From NCBI RefSeq assembly GCF_004010195.1, contig NC_057752.1, positions 991,330 through 1,055,329 on the forward strand: DNA of 64,000 bases, in the 5' to 3' direction. Shown here in pieces: positions 10,815 through 24,194 of this stretch (positions are counted from its first letter, which is position 1; every line of letters begins with the position of its first letter). A model generated the notes under the pieces. It did not search any database and was not told the DNA's origin. It saw only the letters and a list, made by a program, of their open reading frames with translations. The translations under genes were made by a program, and so were the position numbers. This stretch comes from Chiloscyllium plagiosum. Lineage: Eukaryota.

Positions 10815-12302
10815 AACATAGAAGATACTGAATATGGAGAAACAGATGGTGATATCTTGAAAAATGTCCATGTTATAGAGGTGGTGATGCTGGATGTCTT
10901 GAAACACAAAGGTGGATAAATCCCCAGGACCGGATCACATGTACCCTCAAACTCTGTGGGAAGCTAGGGAAGTGACTGTTGGGCCCCTTGCTGAGATATT
11001 TGTATCACTGATAGTCACAGGGTGAGGTGCCATAAGACTGGAGGTTGGCTAATGAGGTACCACTATTTAAGAAAGATGGTAAGGAAAAGCCAGGGAACTA
11101 GAGATCAGTGAGCCTGACATTGGTCATGAGCAAGTTGTTGGAGGGAATCCTGAAGGACAGGATTTACATGTATTTGGAAAGGCAAGGGCTGATTATGGAT
11201 AGTCAGCATGGCTTTGTGCATGGGAAATCATGTCTCATGAACTTGACCGAGTTTTTTTGAAGAAGAGGATTAATGAGGGTAGAGCAGTGGAAGTGATCTA
11301 CATGGACTTCAGTAAGGCATTTCACAAGGTTCGTCATGGTAGACTGGTTAGCAAGATTAGATCACATGGAATCCAGGCAAAACTAGCCATTTGGAGACAG
11401 AACTGGCTTGAAGGTAGAAGACAGAGGGTGGTGGAGGCCTGTGACCAGTAGTGTGCCACAAGGATCAGTAGAGGGTCCCTACTTTTAGTCATTTATATAA
11501 ATGATTTGGATGTGAACGTAGGAGGTCGACTTAGTAAGTTTGCAGATAACACCAACATTGAGGTGTAGTGGACAGCAAAGGTTACCTCAGAGTACAACAG
11601 GATCTTGATCAGTGGGCCAATGAGTGGCAGATGGAATTTAATTTAGATACATGTGAGGTGTTGTATTTTGGGAAGGCAAATCAGGCAGGACTTATACATT
11701 TAATGGTAAGGCCCTGGGGAGTGTTGCTGAACAGAGAGATCTCGGAGTGCAGGTTCATAGCTCCTTGAAAGTGGAGTCTCAGGTAGATAGGATAGTGAAG
11801 AAAGCATTTAGTATGCTTTCCTTTATTGGTCAGAGTAGTGAGTGTAGGAGTTGGGAGGTTATGGCTGTACAAAACATTAGCTAGGTCACCTTTGGAATAT
11901 TGTGTGCAATTCTAGTCTCCCTTCTGTAGGATAGTGTGAAACTTGAAAGGGTTCAGAAAAGATTCACAAGGACATTGCCAGGGTTGGAGGGTTTGAGCTA
12001 TAGAAAGAGGCTGAATAGGTTTTCCCTGGAGCGTCGGAGGCGGAGGGGTGACCTTATCAAGGTTTAAAAAATCATGAGGGACATGGATAAGATAAATAGA
12101 CAGGGTCTTTTCCCTGGGGTGGGGGAGTCCACAACCAGAGAGCATAGGTTTATGATGAGTGGGGAAAGAGTGGGGGACCCAAGGGGCAACTTTGTTCAGG
12201 CGGAGGGTGTTGCGAAATGGGACTAGGTTAGGTTAGGATATCTGCTCAGCATGGACGATTTGGACCGAAGGGTTTGTTTCTGTGCTGTATATCTCTATGA
12301 CT
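10815..12302 (+). mobile_element. CR1 LINE, 5'-truncated and frameshifted
   Basis: YMDFSKAFHKVRHGRL and WQMEFNLDTCEVLYFG motifs; ctctatgact tail. Confidence 0.9.
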
Positions 12303-12309
12303 GAAGAAT

Positions 12310-12990
12310 TCCAAAGTGCAGAGGGATATTCTAGTGCAGGAGTTATACAAGTTACTATGCAGGTACAACCAGTGATTCAGTATGGAATACTTGCTTTTAT
12401 TAAGTGAGAAATTAAGCATAAAAATGAGGATGTTATGCTTGCTTAGTCTTGGCGAGACCACATTTTTGAATACGGTGTGCAATTGGTCTCCTTATTGAAG
12501 GAAGGGTGTAAATGTGTTGAAGGCAGATAAGATGATGTTTATTAGATTAATACCTGGAATGAGTGCATTATCTTGTGAGGAAACATTAACATGTGATTTC
12601 AAATAAACCTGTTGGACTATAACCTGGTGTAGTGTGACTTCTGACTTGGTCCTGACATGGTAGGTGTGGGAAAGATGTTTCCTCTTGTGGCCGAATCCAG
12701 AATTAGGAAGCCCTGTTTTAAGTAGAAGTCACCCTTTTAGGACAGAGATGAGGAGAATTTTTTTTCCTCAAGGGATATGCAACTTTGGAATCAGTCTCAG
12801 AAGGCAGAGGGGAAGTCATTGAATATTTTTAAAGGTGGAGGTAAAATACCTCTACACCCCACCGCCTAACAAGAATCTAGGTTTATCAGGGATAGATGAT
12901 ATTTTGTAATTCAAAACATACAAGTAGGTCAGTCATGATCTTACTGAATGGTGAAGCTGCCTGGAAGGGCTGAATGACCTACTTCTGGTC
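12310..12990 (+). mobile_element. Older CR1-type LINE 3' fragment
   Basis: Degenerate gaccaca..gaatacggtgtgcaattggtctcc motif and gaatgg..gaagggctgaatgacctact 3' end. Confidence 0.6.
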
Positions 12991-13604
12991 CCAGTTTACC
13001 TGTTTGTATGACATTACAGTCTGCATTTGGAGAATAAGATGGAAACACTTGGCAACTCTTTAAAGGAAGCAAATCAGAGGACCGTCCTCAACTATGAATG
13101 GAAAATAGAGAAAATCATATCGAGAGCACTATTTTATGTGATTGTCACAGGTTGGACTTTTACCCAGCATTGTTGCATCTACAATCAGAATCCCTTATTA
13201 ACCAAAACCTGTATTTTTATTCCCTGCAGTGGATACAGGTTGAAGAATTGACCTGTATGTTTTCCCATCAGTAAATTGAAAAGGCTAAAGAATGCTTTAG
13301 ATTTTCTTCATTGAAAGCAGGTCCAAATCCAGGTTTTCCTTGTGGTATAACTAGGAGAGCTGTTCTGATAGTGGGAGTCTGGCTCCTTACCAAGGTTGAA
13401 TAATCCTGATGCATAGCCATCTAGAACACCATGAGGGCAGCCAGGATGATAGCCACACTGATTCTAGGGCTGAAAGGCAGTACTAGAGCAGAGGTATATC
13501 TGTAACCCTCCTGGTTTCTACAACACAGTATCAAACTGCCAGTGCAGTCACTTATTTCGTGAACCCAATCAATGAGGACATGTCAGTTTATTAACTACCT
13601 CAAT

Positions 13605-13903
13605 TCAAAGTTTGTGCGAAGATTTGTAGCTCGGGTGCTCGTTGTTGGTGGTTCTGTTCGCCGAGCTGGGAATTTGTGTTGCAGACGTTTCGTCCCGTGT
13701 CTAGGTGACACCCTCAGTGCTTGGGAGCCTCCTGTGAAGCGCTTCTGTGATCTTTCCTCCGGCATTTGTAGTGCAGTTTCAAATGCCAGAGGAAAAATCA
13801 CAGAAGCGCTTCACAGGAGGCTCCCAAGCACTGAGGGTGTCACCTAGACAGGGGACGAAACCTCTGCAACACAAATTCCCAGCTCGGCGAACAGAACCAC
13901 AAC
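13605..13903. mobile_element. Penelope-derived hairpin insertion with 12-bp TSD
   Basis: Arms 13641-13768 and 13780-13906 are near-perfect reverse complements with an 11-nt loop. TSD aactacctcaat at 13593-13604 and 13904-13915. Each arm has a CTGAGGG..GAAAC hammerhead-like core. Confidence 0.85.
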
Positions 13904-14739
13904 AACTACCTCAATCTCCAACTTATTTACTCTTTTGAGTTTACCAGTTACACAGCTGCTCTTGGATCTTGGTACATCACAGAAGAACATTCCAGTATGT
14001 TTTACCCTTGGTATCAAGATGCAGCAGGATAATCGCTGCCGGATTTGAAGGCTCCGTGAAATCTCCTCGTGTTCAGTAAAGTGCTTATTCTGTTTTTCAT
14101 GTCAAAGACCATTGGTAAATAAAATGGCTTCCAGAAAAGGAGCATAACTGTTGAACAGAGGGCTTGTTAGTGATTTCAAGGTGGTAGTTGGGAGGTACTT
14201 TAATGAGTTTTTATTGGCACCAGCCCTATATTCTTGAAAAACTTTGCCCCACATTGCTACTGAAGAAACGGTTAAGAGACTGAATCAAATTGACTGTGCC
14301 TTTTTCTATTAATCAAGGTGTGGTATCCAAGACTGATATTGTTCTGTCCACAGGCATATTGATGCTTTTAACTGCCATACTAATTATCCTGATAGCGCTA
14401 TATAAATTATTAGATTGAAAAATGTTCAGGATCCTACTGGTTGACCCTACACCATCCAAGTGGGTGCACTAGACAATGATAGTGGAGTTGTTGACAAATC
14501 ATGGCAATTGATTTTCTTAGGTCTACAACAGACCAAGGTGACAGGAGGCAAGGAAAGCCCCGTTATTAGAGCGCTTTGGGAACAATAGGTCCAAAGTCAC
14601 CTCTTCTTCCAAAGCACAATACATTGCTCACAGGTCCTATTGCAAATAACTTTCATACTGTATCGCAAAATGTTTTTTCTGAAAAATTAATGATAAAGAA
14701 AATACAACGTCTTGAAGGAGTTATCAGTCTGTAACGTAA

Positions 14740-14960
14740 GCACAAGAGTTATCAACAAACACATCGACTTGGACCCTATGTACCACCCTCTGAGAAAAAG
14801 AACAAGAAATGACATCACCAACCCAAGGAAACCTAAACACATATAGAAAGTGGGTCATAATACCAGTGCTTCACCAGAGGCTCACTGATGTTACCTAGTA
14901 TGGTGATGAAACGTCTGAAAACGAACCTTCCAGCTCAGCGAGCAAACCTACATCCAGAAT
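14740..14960 (+). mobile_element. Penelope-like 3' end
   Basis: atcaacaaacacatcgacttggaccc (INKHIDLDP-type end), then ctgatg..gaaacgtc and ttccagctcagcgagcaaac; same family as 44135-44307. Confidence 0.65.
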
Positions 14961-15019
14961 CTCAGATTTCCACTAAAACACAAAACTCAAAGATCACAAC
15001 AATTGGACCACAGAGAGCT

Positions 15020-18000
15020 GGATTTATAATAATTATTAAGAATAATATGTACAGTATTGCGTAGTGGCAGAAAGCCTCAACTTTGGCATAGTTTTAAAAA
15101 TAGTCTTTTTAAAAAATGGAAAATTGAATGAATTTAACAGTTTTTTTTACAATTACAAAAGCATACAGTTAACTACAGGAATGTAGAGTTTGGAACGGAA
15201 TGGTTAAAATACAAACTAAATACTTCATATGTAATACATACCAGAAAGACAAAATAAAATGGCGACCTTGTGGATTTGTACAGGAATGCATGGATTATTT
15301 GAAGTCTATTTTCCCCCAGGTCCACAGCTCACTTTTTAAATAATAACTACTGATGGGTAGACTTACTGAAATCCAGTATTAAAAACATACATTCTGAGTC
15401 TATACCTTAGCTTTGACTATTACATTGCACCTTTGTATCAGATGGTCTTCCAGATGATGCTACAGGCTAAACAATAATGTAAAGTCATTCAATCTATCAC
15501 ATCACTGGAACAATCCAAGAATACATGGGGGAAGCAGCATAAATTGTAAACTATAACTGACGGTACAAATCAAGTGTAATTTTAAAAAAGCTCGCTGTTG
15601 GGGTTATTTTATTAGAAAAATGGAAGACCATTGAATTAGCTCGAAACAACAAGACACGCCTTGCTTTAAATAATTTTGTAGTCTTTGGACAGCAACGTTT
15701 AAAAACATAATGTTTTAAAAATTCAATAAATAAAGCTGTTCTCACATCAGGTTTGTGACACACATCAGTGAACGAGCAGATAAGACATTGATTCCTCACC
15801 TTCAGGCTCAACTTCCACCTCATGAGGCAAGTCAGTAATGAGAGAGGTTTAAGCTTGCTGATGTACACTCAAATCATTCCAAAGGTGCTGATTTTTCCAT
15901 TGCTCAATGGGACATGTTGGATCAGCCTGACTATGTCTCTAATAATGTGACCTGAATTTAAAGACAGTGTCAATTTAGGGTGGGATGTTAGCCTGTCTGG
16001 CATGTGAGCAGAGTACTGTAATATAGCAAGACACACACACCTGGATTTTAATCCTGAAGCTGATGGCTTAAAGGAATTTCCTCACTCACCAGACTCACCT
16101 TGGTAAGAATTGCCCTGAAACATGTAATTTTCACTCTGAGGGTTGGAGGATTTGGACCCACTGACCCTGAAAGCTATGAAATATTGTTCTGATTAACAAA
16201 ATTAAAAAGACAAGTCTAAAGGCATAGTGTTGTAACACATGGAGCATTTACAATAAGGCAGATGAATTAAATAAATGGTTAATGATATTGTTACGATTAC
16301 AGAGATGTGGCTGCAGGGCGACCAAGGGTGGGAACTGAACATCCAGGCATATTTGGAAAGGAGAGACAAAAAGGGAAAGCAAGTGAAATAACATTGTTGG
16401 TAAAGGAGGAAATCAAAGCAATAGTGAGGAAAGATATTTTCTTGGATAACCATGATGTGGAACCTGTATGGATGGAGATCACAAACACCAAGGGGCATAA
16501 AACATTATTGGGGCTGAGTGGAGACGTAAGGAAAGGCATTAAATCAGAAATGCACGCAGTAAGAGTACAACTATAATCGTGGTGACTTTTTTGTTGTGAT
16601 GGGTCCTTTTGGGAACAGCAACCATAATATGAACAAATTCTTCATTAAGGTGAAGAATTAAGTCGTTGAATCTAAAGAGAGTTAAATCTGAATCTAAATA
16701 AAGGGAACTATGAGGGTCCGAGGCAAGAATTGGCTGGGATAGAACAGGGAACCTTACTCAACAGGTTGACAGTGGTTAGACAATGGTTCATATTATAGCA
16801 TGTGTGCATGAATTATAACAATATTCATTCCTATCTGGTGCAAAAGTAAAAGAGGATAGGTGGCTCAACACGGCTTACTGTAGATCCAAATAGTCAACAG
16901 ATAAAAGTGCCAGAAAAAGCAGCAAGCCTGAGGAATGGAAGCATTTTAGAATTCAGCAAAAGAGGTTTGATCAAGAGGGTGAGAATAGGGTACGAGAGTA
17001 AAATTAGAAGGAACATCAAAACTGATCACAAAAGCTTCTATAAATATGTGAAGAGAAAAAGGTTAGTGAAGACAAAATGTGGGATCCTTATTTCAAATGT
17101 GGGGAAAATTATAATAGGGAACAAAGAATGTTAGAGTCTTTGGAAAGGGAGCAGTGAAGATTCATTAATATTATACAAGGAATTAGATGCAGCAGTGAAG
17201 GACAGCCTGATATATTGTACCCCCTCCCCTCCCATTTGGAACAGAGTTAAGAAGGGAATCTGACAAAAGCATCTAAATTATGAAAGGATTAATAACAAAA
17301 GACTGTTTCTGCAGACTGCTGATTCAGGAAAATGAAATGGGGCCATACACAATTGGTTATCATCAAAATAAAAGGGATAAAATCTATCCCAAATTACAAG
17401 GTGTAATGTATTACCAGAAGTGGCTGTTGAGGCAAGGGGCTGTACCATCTTGAGGTGAAATCAAAAGTTTTGGGGAGAAAAATGAAATGAATGGGCAAGT
17501 GGAAAGAGGAAATGGGCAAGAGCAGATTAATCTAGTTAATAAGGTATTGCTAGGTACAGCAGGCAGACTGGCCTCCTTTATGCTGTAATTGGTTTAGAAA
17601 ATGGGGAACTATAAACAAACCAAGAACTAAGCATCGAAGGCACACATTTGAATTGAATGCAAAGCTGATTTTTGTTTTAAACATAAGATTTTCTCACCTA
17701 TTCTGCAAAATGATCACACAACCAACTGTAACATTAAATTATATCTGAAATGCCTTATATTTACATGCAAATCTTTGCCTCCGGACCTTCAGTTCAAGAC
17801 TGTAGCCTATTTCATTGAAAAGGCCAAAAATACCTTCCAGCAAATTGTTGTAAAATCAGTGATACTGGAACTGCAACTTTACATTGCAAAGCACAGCTCT
17901 GGTACTGCCAAATACAACTAAAAACGGAGTTTGCCTTAAAATTGTTTTATGGTAGTATCTAGAGTTTATTGGTAATCATGGACACTAGTGAGAGCTGGTG

Positions 18001-19619
18001 GGATTAGTCCCACTGAAGAGAGTTTGGTTTTGAAAACTGCACCCAAATAGTGAATTTCTCTTCTACCTTAGGTTTCACTCCCCCACAATTCCCTGAGGTA
18101 CCAGCCACATTCTGGTCTACTACCCCAGTGAGCCCAAGCAGCAAGGACCCACTCAACACCCAAGTGAGAGAGATGCTCTTTTCAGTTGAGTCAATTGGAC
18201 AGAGGATGGGAACCAGCTAGCAGAGATGAACTGCATCTATCACTGGGAGAGATGGTGAACTAAGGGTTTGACCCAAGAACTGTATCAGAGCATTTGGGGA
18301 TACTGGGCTTAAGTGCAAATGCTCCTAAAGTATATATATTAAATAAAACAATTGACAATATCAGAGGGCTTAATTCATTGGCTAGCCGAACAATAAAAGA
18401 GTTAATTCTGTAGTTTGTATTCAGTTCCCTTACTTCCAACAGGAGATACGGTTCCAGTTAACAAAGGAAGAAAAAAAATACACAGAATTCGAGTCCATAA
18501 TTCCCAGATCAGAACAGAGGTAAGAACAATTTCTAATTGGATATCTCCTTCTCAATTCATAGAATCAGGAAAAATAACAGCCCGAGTGCTGATCAAAAGT
18601 CAGAGTTCAAATTCCATCCAACCTGGGTGCATGATGAACCTTTTAGATGCTAAGTAAATGCTGACTCAAGAACAGTGGTAAAACACAGTCAGGTCTGTGT
18701 GGATTACATATTCTCCTCACTCAGACTTCCAAACACCCCAATCTGCTCCATCCAATCCCTTGCAATGCAATGAGTCTGACAAGTAGTGAAAAAGTCTGAC
18801 TTAAGGGGAGGAAACTTTGCCCTTACATCTGCTTCTCAACAGACTTTGTAGGTCTAATTGCTAGTTCCATTGAATATGCTTCAGTATTCTCATTAGGATT
18901 TCCAAATATATCAAGGAATTTAGCAATATTCAGAGAGCTAAACACCTGGAAATGCTCAGAAGGACCTCAAAATGGGTTTGAAATCAATGTAAGAGAAAGA
19001 TAACATTCCAACAATAGCGGCCATTTTACTTTGGCAAGAACAGATGCCAAAGTTTCTTTGGAAACATCACAGAAGGTCAAGTTAACTGTACAAGACATAG
19101 GAGGAATAATGGAAAAATACATTAATTTAATGTAAGACTACAAAATAGAAAGAACTCCATAGTTAATGTGCCCAGGTAATACTGCCGTAACAAGGCGTTC
19201 AAATTTCACAGGCTGCCCTAATTTGGTGAGACAGCCAATAGTTCTGTGTTTTCTATCCTACTGAGAAACATGCTTCCTCCCAGCTTTGATGGAGCATCAG
19301 GATCTCAAACACGTAGTTGTATCATTTTATCCATTAAGTGGTGAGTAGTTTTTGTGGATTGATTTTAAAAGAAAACATATTTCCCTGCAGAAACAGAAAG
19401 GGAATGTGCACTCTCCCTCATGTTTCCTATCCACACCATGCCAATTTTTTGTGGATTACAAAGGTACATGTGCAGGAAGTTCACCATTTCAGGGAGTTGA
19501 TGTGCGGTGACAAAAGAAAGTGCATCCCGAGATGCTTCGAGGGAACAGTTTTTGATAACACTGTCAATTTGGTTGCAGTTGCCCTCTCCTTCTCCCCTCC
19601 CCGCACCCAACTCTTTTCT
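15020..19619 (-). other. Probable long 3' UTR of FMNL3 (end uncertain)
   Basis: AT-rich, mostly non-repeat sequence continuous with the last exon. Minus-strand UGUAHAUA elements at 17758-17765 and 15046-15053; AATAAA candidates (forward tttatt) near 17965 and 15607. Boundary is inferred. Confidence 0.45.
16200..17140 (+). mobile_element. Decayed CR1 endonuclease/linker fragment
   Basis: gatattgttacgattacagagatgtggctg (DIV.ITE.WL), VEPVWMEITNTKG and IKTDHKSFYKYVKRKR motifs. Confidence 0.75.
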
Positions 19620-19684
19620 TCAGAGGTGTTTCCATCCATGTCGTATCACCGCGTCTGCACGTCGGAATGGTTGACTTCTAAGAT
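19620..19684 (-). CDS. FMNL3: FMNL3 alternative terminal exon C (last exon)
   Basis: ttgtttctcacAG acceptor, phase 1. DLRSQPFRRADAVIRHGWKHL-stop, homologous to the recalled FMNL2 tail DLRNQPYRRADAV. Confidence 0.88.
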
Positions 19685-22600
19685 CTGTGAGAAACAAACA
19701 AAAAAAATGGCAATTGGCACCAACTCCTTCACTCTGCTAGTTGGGCAACAAAGAGGCAATCAAGCAACAAGGCAAAGCAGCTCTGCAGTGAAGCAATTCC
19801 GAAACAACAAGATGTCGAGTTACATCTAATCAAAATGATGGCAAGCCACTGGGATTGTTGTGCATATACATGCACACATGCATTGATCCAGTACTTACAC
19901 AGGCAGTACAGAGCTTGAGTATTGCTGAAAAAGAGACACATTTTGTCAAATCTTTTCCTCTTGTGCTGATCAGCACAATTTGCAAAAAACCATCATAGAG
20001 GCAAAGTATTTATATTGTAACAGAGGAGAGTTTGACTGGCAAGTAGACTCTTATTGAAGCGGTATTACCATGTAGAATGCACCAATTAATGATTGTCATC
20101 ATTAAATACAAGATAAAACATGTCTTTTTCAGCAATAATCGACAGTGTTGGAAAATGTAGCATTATTTTCAAAAGGGACTCAAAATCAGTCTCAGTATTG
20201 TAGAAATTGGATGGAGTCTAATACTCCCCTGGGATTCTTTTTCCATGCATTCTCTTTCTGGGGAATTTACATGGTCAACAACACTCTCGAATGAAGAGCT
20301 GACACCACCAGTCCTTTCCTGCCAAAATTCTCTCCCCTCTTCTGTAAGAATACAATGGTACCAAAGCTCAGTTGCCTGTTTTCTACAACTTACTTTTGTC
20401 GACTTTTGATCACCTCTTCCCCTTTGCCTGTTGCTGACAGATCCACAACTTCACACCCCTCTCACCAACATCACCCAGAGGGGAGAAGGGGGATATCACA
20501 GATATCTTAGGTTCCTTGGAGGCTGAGCTGACAGTTCACGTGAGCTTTGTTTGCATCACTTTTTCTGCTTGGGTAGGATTGAGCAACATGCATAAGACAT
20601 CAGAAAGGTAACAAAGAGCAGAAGGGGAGCTTCAGATGGGAAGCTGCCAGGAACCCAGAAGTATATTACCAACAAGTTAAGATATGAACTGCAGGGAAAA
20701 CAATATTAGGGGGAATTTTATTTTTCTGTTGATAGTACAAAAAAGAAAGACAGGGTTACACAGGGATGGGATTGCTTTGTGCACATGAACAACAGGAAGT
20801 CATTCAGCCCATTGTGCCATTTGATTGATTTCAGGGCTGATCTGTATCTCAGCTCAGTCTCCTCACCTTAGCTCCACATCCCTGCAGATTTACAGGAAGG
20901 TCTTTCCCTGACTTTTGATTACCTCAAGCCCTATTGACCAGGCCTTCTTTGAAACAGTTCAAGTACAAACATCTGTTTTCATGTATGACTGCCAAAGCAT
21001 AGAATCATTGAATGGCTACAGCACAAGAGACCATTCCATCTATCATGTCCATGCTGGCTCTCTGAAGGAGTAATTCACGACAGCCGCTCCCCTGCCTTTT
21101 CCATTTCAGATAATGATTTAATACCTGCACTCAGGCAGCGCATCCCAAATCTTATTCGCTCACTGCATGGAAGTTTTATAGTGTCACCATTGCCTCTTTT
21201 GTCAATCTATGTCTTTCACTGATCTCTTTCCCATCTATTTTGTCCACACCCCTTAAGAATATGGACAATTCAATCGAATCTCATCTTAAACTTCTTGTCT
21301 CTGAAGGAGAATAGTCTCAACTTTTCCAATCTATCCATATAACCGATTATAGTTGCTCAGCCCTGAGACCACTCCCAGAGATCCTTTCTGCACACTCTTA
21401 AGTCCTTCACATCCTTCCTAAAGTGCAGTACCCAGAACTGGATGCAATACTCCAATTGAGACCAAACTAGTAAATAAACAATTGAATGGAAGAGGCTTTG
21501 GAGGTGCAGTGGTAGTATCCCTATCTCCCAGACAGAAGGCCTGGGTTCAGGTCCCATCTATTCCAGAGGAGTATTAGAAGACATCTTAATAGATTGATTA
21601 AAATGTCTACCAACCACCTAGGCAAGAGAGACAAAGGAAAAACCATTCCCATCATCTATTAAAAAAAAAGGAATTGACTGACAATCCAAATTATCCCATC
21701 ATCCAATCAAGAGGCAGCCTTTGTAAACTCCTTTCTCAAAACCAAGGTTGAATAAGGATTAAGTTGCTGGTACTACCATCATCTAGGTGCAGATATGAGG
21801 ATATCATGTTCCTGGGTCAACACATAAGAATTCCTGAAATACAGTATTGCCAAGTAGGGTTATTCCTCCAATGAGATGACAAGCCAGCTTTATCCCAAAG
21901 GGCACAGTGTGTAGCATCAGGTGGGTTCGATGTGTTGACTCAGTAGGAGGGACAATCTAACTGAACTCAACACAGAGTGCGAAAAAAACTGAACAAATGC
22001 TCATGACCACAGGACACACAAAAGTGCTTTGAATAGCTTACTTTTGGAGTCTGGCCAATGCATGAACCATCAATATTCAGGCAGCAAGTTCTCTCACACA
22101 GCAATGTGACATGATCAGATCCTCTGCTTTAGGGAAGTTGATGGAGGGACAAATAATGACCAAGACCCAGGGATATTTATCTACTGGTCATGGAAAGAGT
22201 GCTGTCAAATCTTATATCCATCTAAGAGGGCAGGCAATGCTTCACCTCCAACAATGCAGCACTGCCCTGGAGTGCCAGTCCAAACTATACGCTCAAGTTC
22301 CTGGACTGGGATTTGAACCTGCAACATTCTTAGGCAAGATTGCTACCAACCGAGCCACAGTTGAATACCAGAAGGCAAGAAAGAGCTAAAAAGAGAATCT
22401 GTAAGGATTTCCACTCTCAATGACCAATGCTTTGATGCCCTCCATAGTCAAATAGCTTGCTGACACTCAAACTCCATGGCACTCACAAGAAGAATGCCCA
22501 CTTGGTTGAAGTGTCAGGAAACAGTTCCCCAGTAAGAGTCACTGCCTTCAGGAGAGCAGGAGAAAGACAAGTTGACTGATAATGGGTCACTGAAGCCAAG

Positions 22601-23058
22601 TAGGGATGTGAGGATGAGCACATACACTGGGAGAGTAAGTGATGGAAACATTCCAGAAATTTGATTGGAACAAGGGAATCAGTAGTCACATCATTGATTT
22701 CAGACAACTCTCAACTCCTTTTCCTTAAAATTGAAGTGAAACAGAGTCTGGAGCTAACACTTCTCCACAGACATTAAGAACTTAAACGTAAAAATCCTTT
22801 CACATAGGCCTGTGAAAACAAGGAGTTTCCCAACTGTCCTGTTTGAGCCCAAACTTGCCACTTGTTTAACAACTGTATTTGGGTGCCACATGTTTCAACA
22901 TTCAAGCAGGACTCATTAAGAAAAGAAAAATATGAAAAAGTTGTTTATTTGTAATACTTTCTAAAAGCAGAATAGTCGACTGAGATTGAAGGCATTCTGA
23001 AGCTTTCCCTTTGCCCTTGACCCCCACGAAGACTCTTATTTAACGCTTTGATTTTCAT

Positions 23059-23214
23059 CGTTAAAAATCATACAATACCAGATTATAGTCCAATGGGTTT
23101 ATTTGGAAGCATAGCAAGAGCTAATACTTCCAAATAAACCTGTTGGACTATAATCTGGTGTTGTGCAATTTTTAACTTTGTCTACTCAAGTCTAACACCG
23201 GCTCCTCCACATCG
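23059..23214. mobile_element. Short Penelope-end palindrome with 10-bp TSD
   Basis: Arms 23060-23109 and 23127-23176 are inverted; same family as the 3296/4500 ends. TSD tgattttcat at 23049-23058 and 23215-23224. Confidence 0.75.
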
Positions 23215-23220
23215 TGATTT

Positions 23221-23369
23221 TCATAAGTGTTTAGCTTGGGTCTGCAGATATAAAGGGCTGGAGCTGGCAAGCCTTGCGAGCACACTAGTTTCACTGTCGC
23301 TGCGCGTTTGACAAACTCTTACCCGTGTTGGAGAATTTGGAAAATTACCGATCATACTCTTCCTTTTAG
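23221..23369 (-). CDS. FMNL3: Candidate FMNL3 alternative C-terminal exon B
   Basis: Strong pyrimidine tract and tttctttAG acceptor in the correct phase. AKRKSMIGNFPNSPTRVRVCQ...AKHL-stop resembles the recalled FMNL2 variant tail [20 protein letters not shown]. Internal donor CGG|GTAAGA at 23323/23322. Confidence 0.6.
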
Positions 23370-24194
23370 CTAAAGAAATGAAGGAAATGAAGATGAATGA
23401 ATGATGATGAAAGAGGAGCAACAACTTTTGTAAAAAGGTTGGGTTTGTCACAGTCACCAGTTTTACCCGTAGCTAGAACTCCAGCAAAAAGAAACCGCAT
23501 TGAGGAGAGAAAACAACCACAATCCTTTCAGAAATTAGAATCCCACAGTAGAAATGATAAGATGTCATTTAGGCAAACACACAATAAGTGCAAGGACAGC
23601 AGCAAAGGTGAATGAAAATGGCCATGGAAAAGAATGAATGGAAGAGCTTTGGAAAACATTGATCAGACACAAGAAATAACATAATTCTCTCGCTTGAAAC
23701 TAAATTGGGACATTTGCCCTGTAGATTTCTGCCATCACCCTGTCCTATAGGTCGCCAAAGACAACTTGGCTGGCAAGGATTTGCTTGGCTATCATTATGC
23801 TCATTAGCAAAAGGTGCAAAGGAGCATTCACCAACTCTTTACCTAACCTCCAAGCTAGGCTCCCCATACATTGGTGTCTGGCTAAGCTGTTTCCTGGCTG
23901 GATATTCAGGTCTAAAGGAATCCCTGTCTCAACCAGCAAATTCGGGGTGTCCCCATGTTCTTCCATTGAAAGCAAGGAGCCAGCTTGTGGAACTCTATAG
24001 CAAGTGTATAAAAAAACACAGATACTGTATTTCATGAAGAAACCACCGTACCCCCCTCCACACACAAACACACACAGTAATTCAAATGGAAGGTGTAAAA
24101 TGAATCATTTCCTTTCAACAAACAATAGAGACAAGAATGAAGAAACGGAATCATATAAACCTGTCATAGCTGTAGACTGTAGAGGGCACAAACA

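Noticed and set aside
13572..13938. Mirror-image ORFs on both strands
   Set aside because: Artefact of the DNA palindrome.
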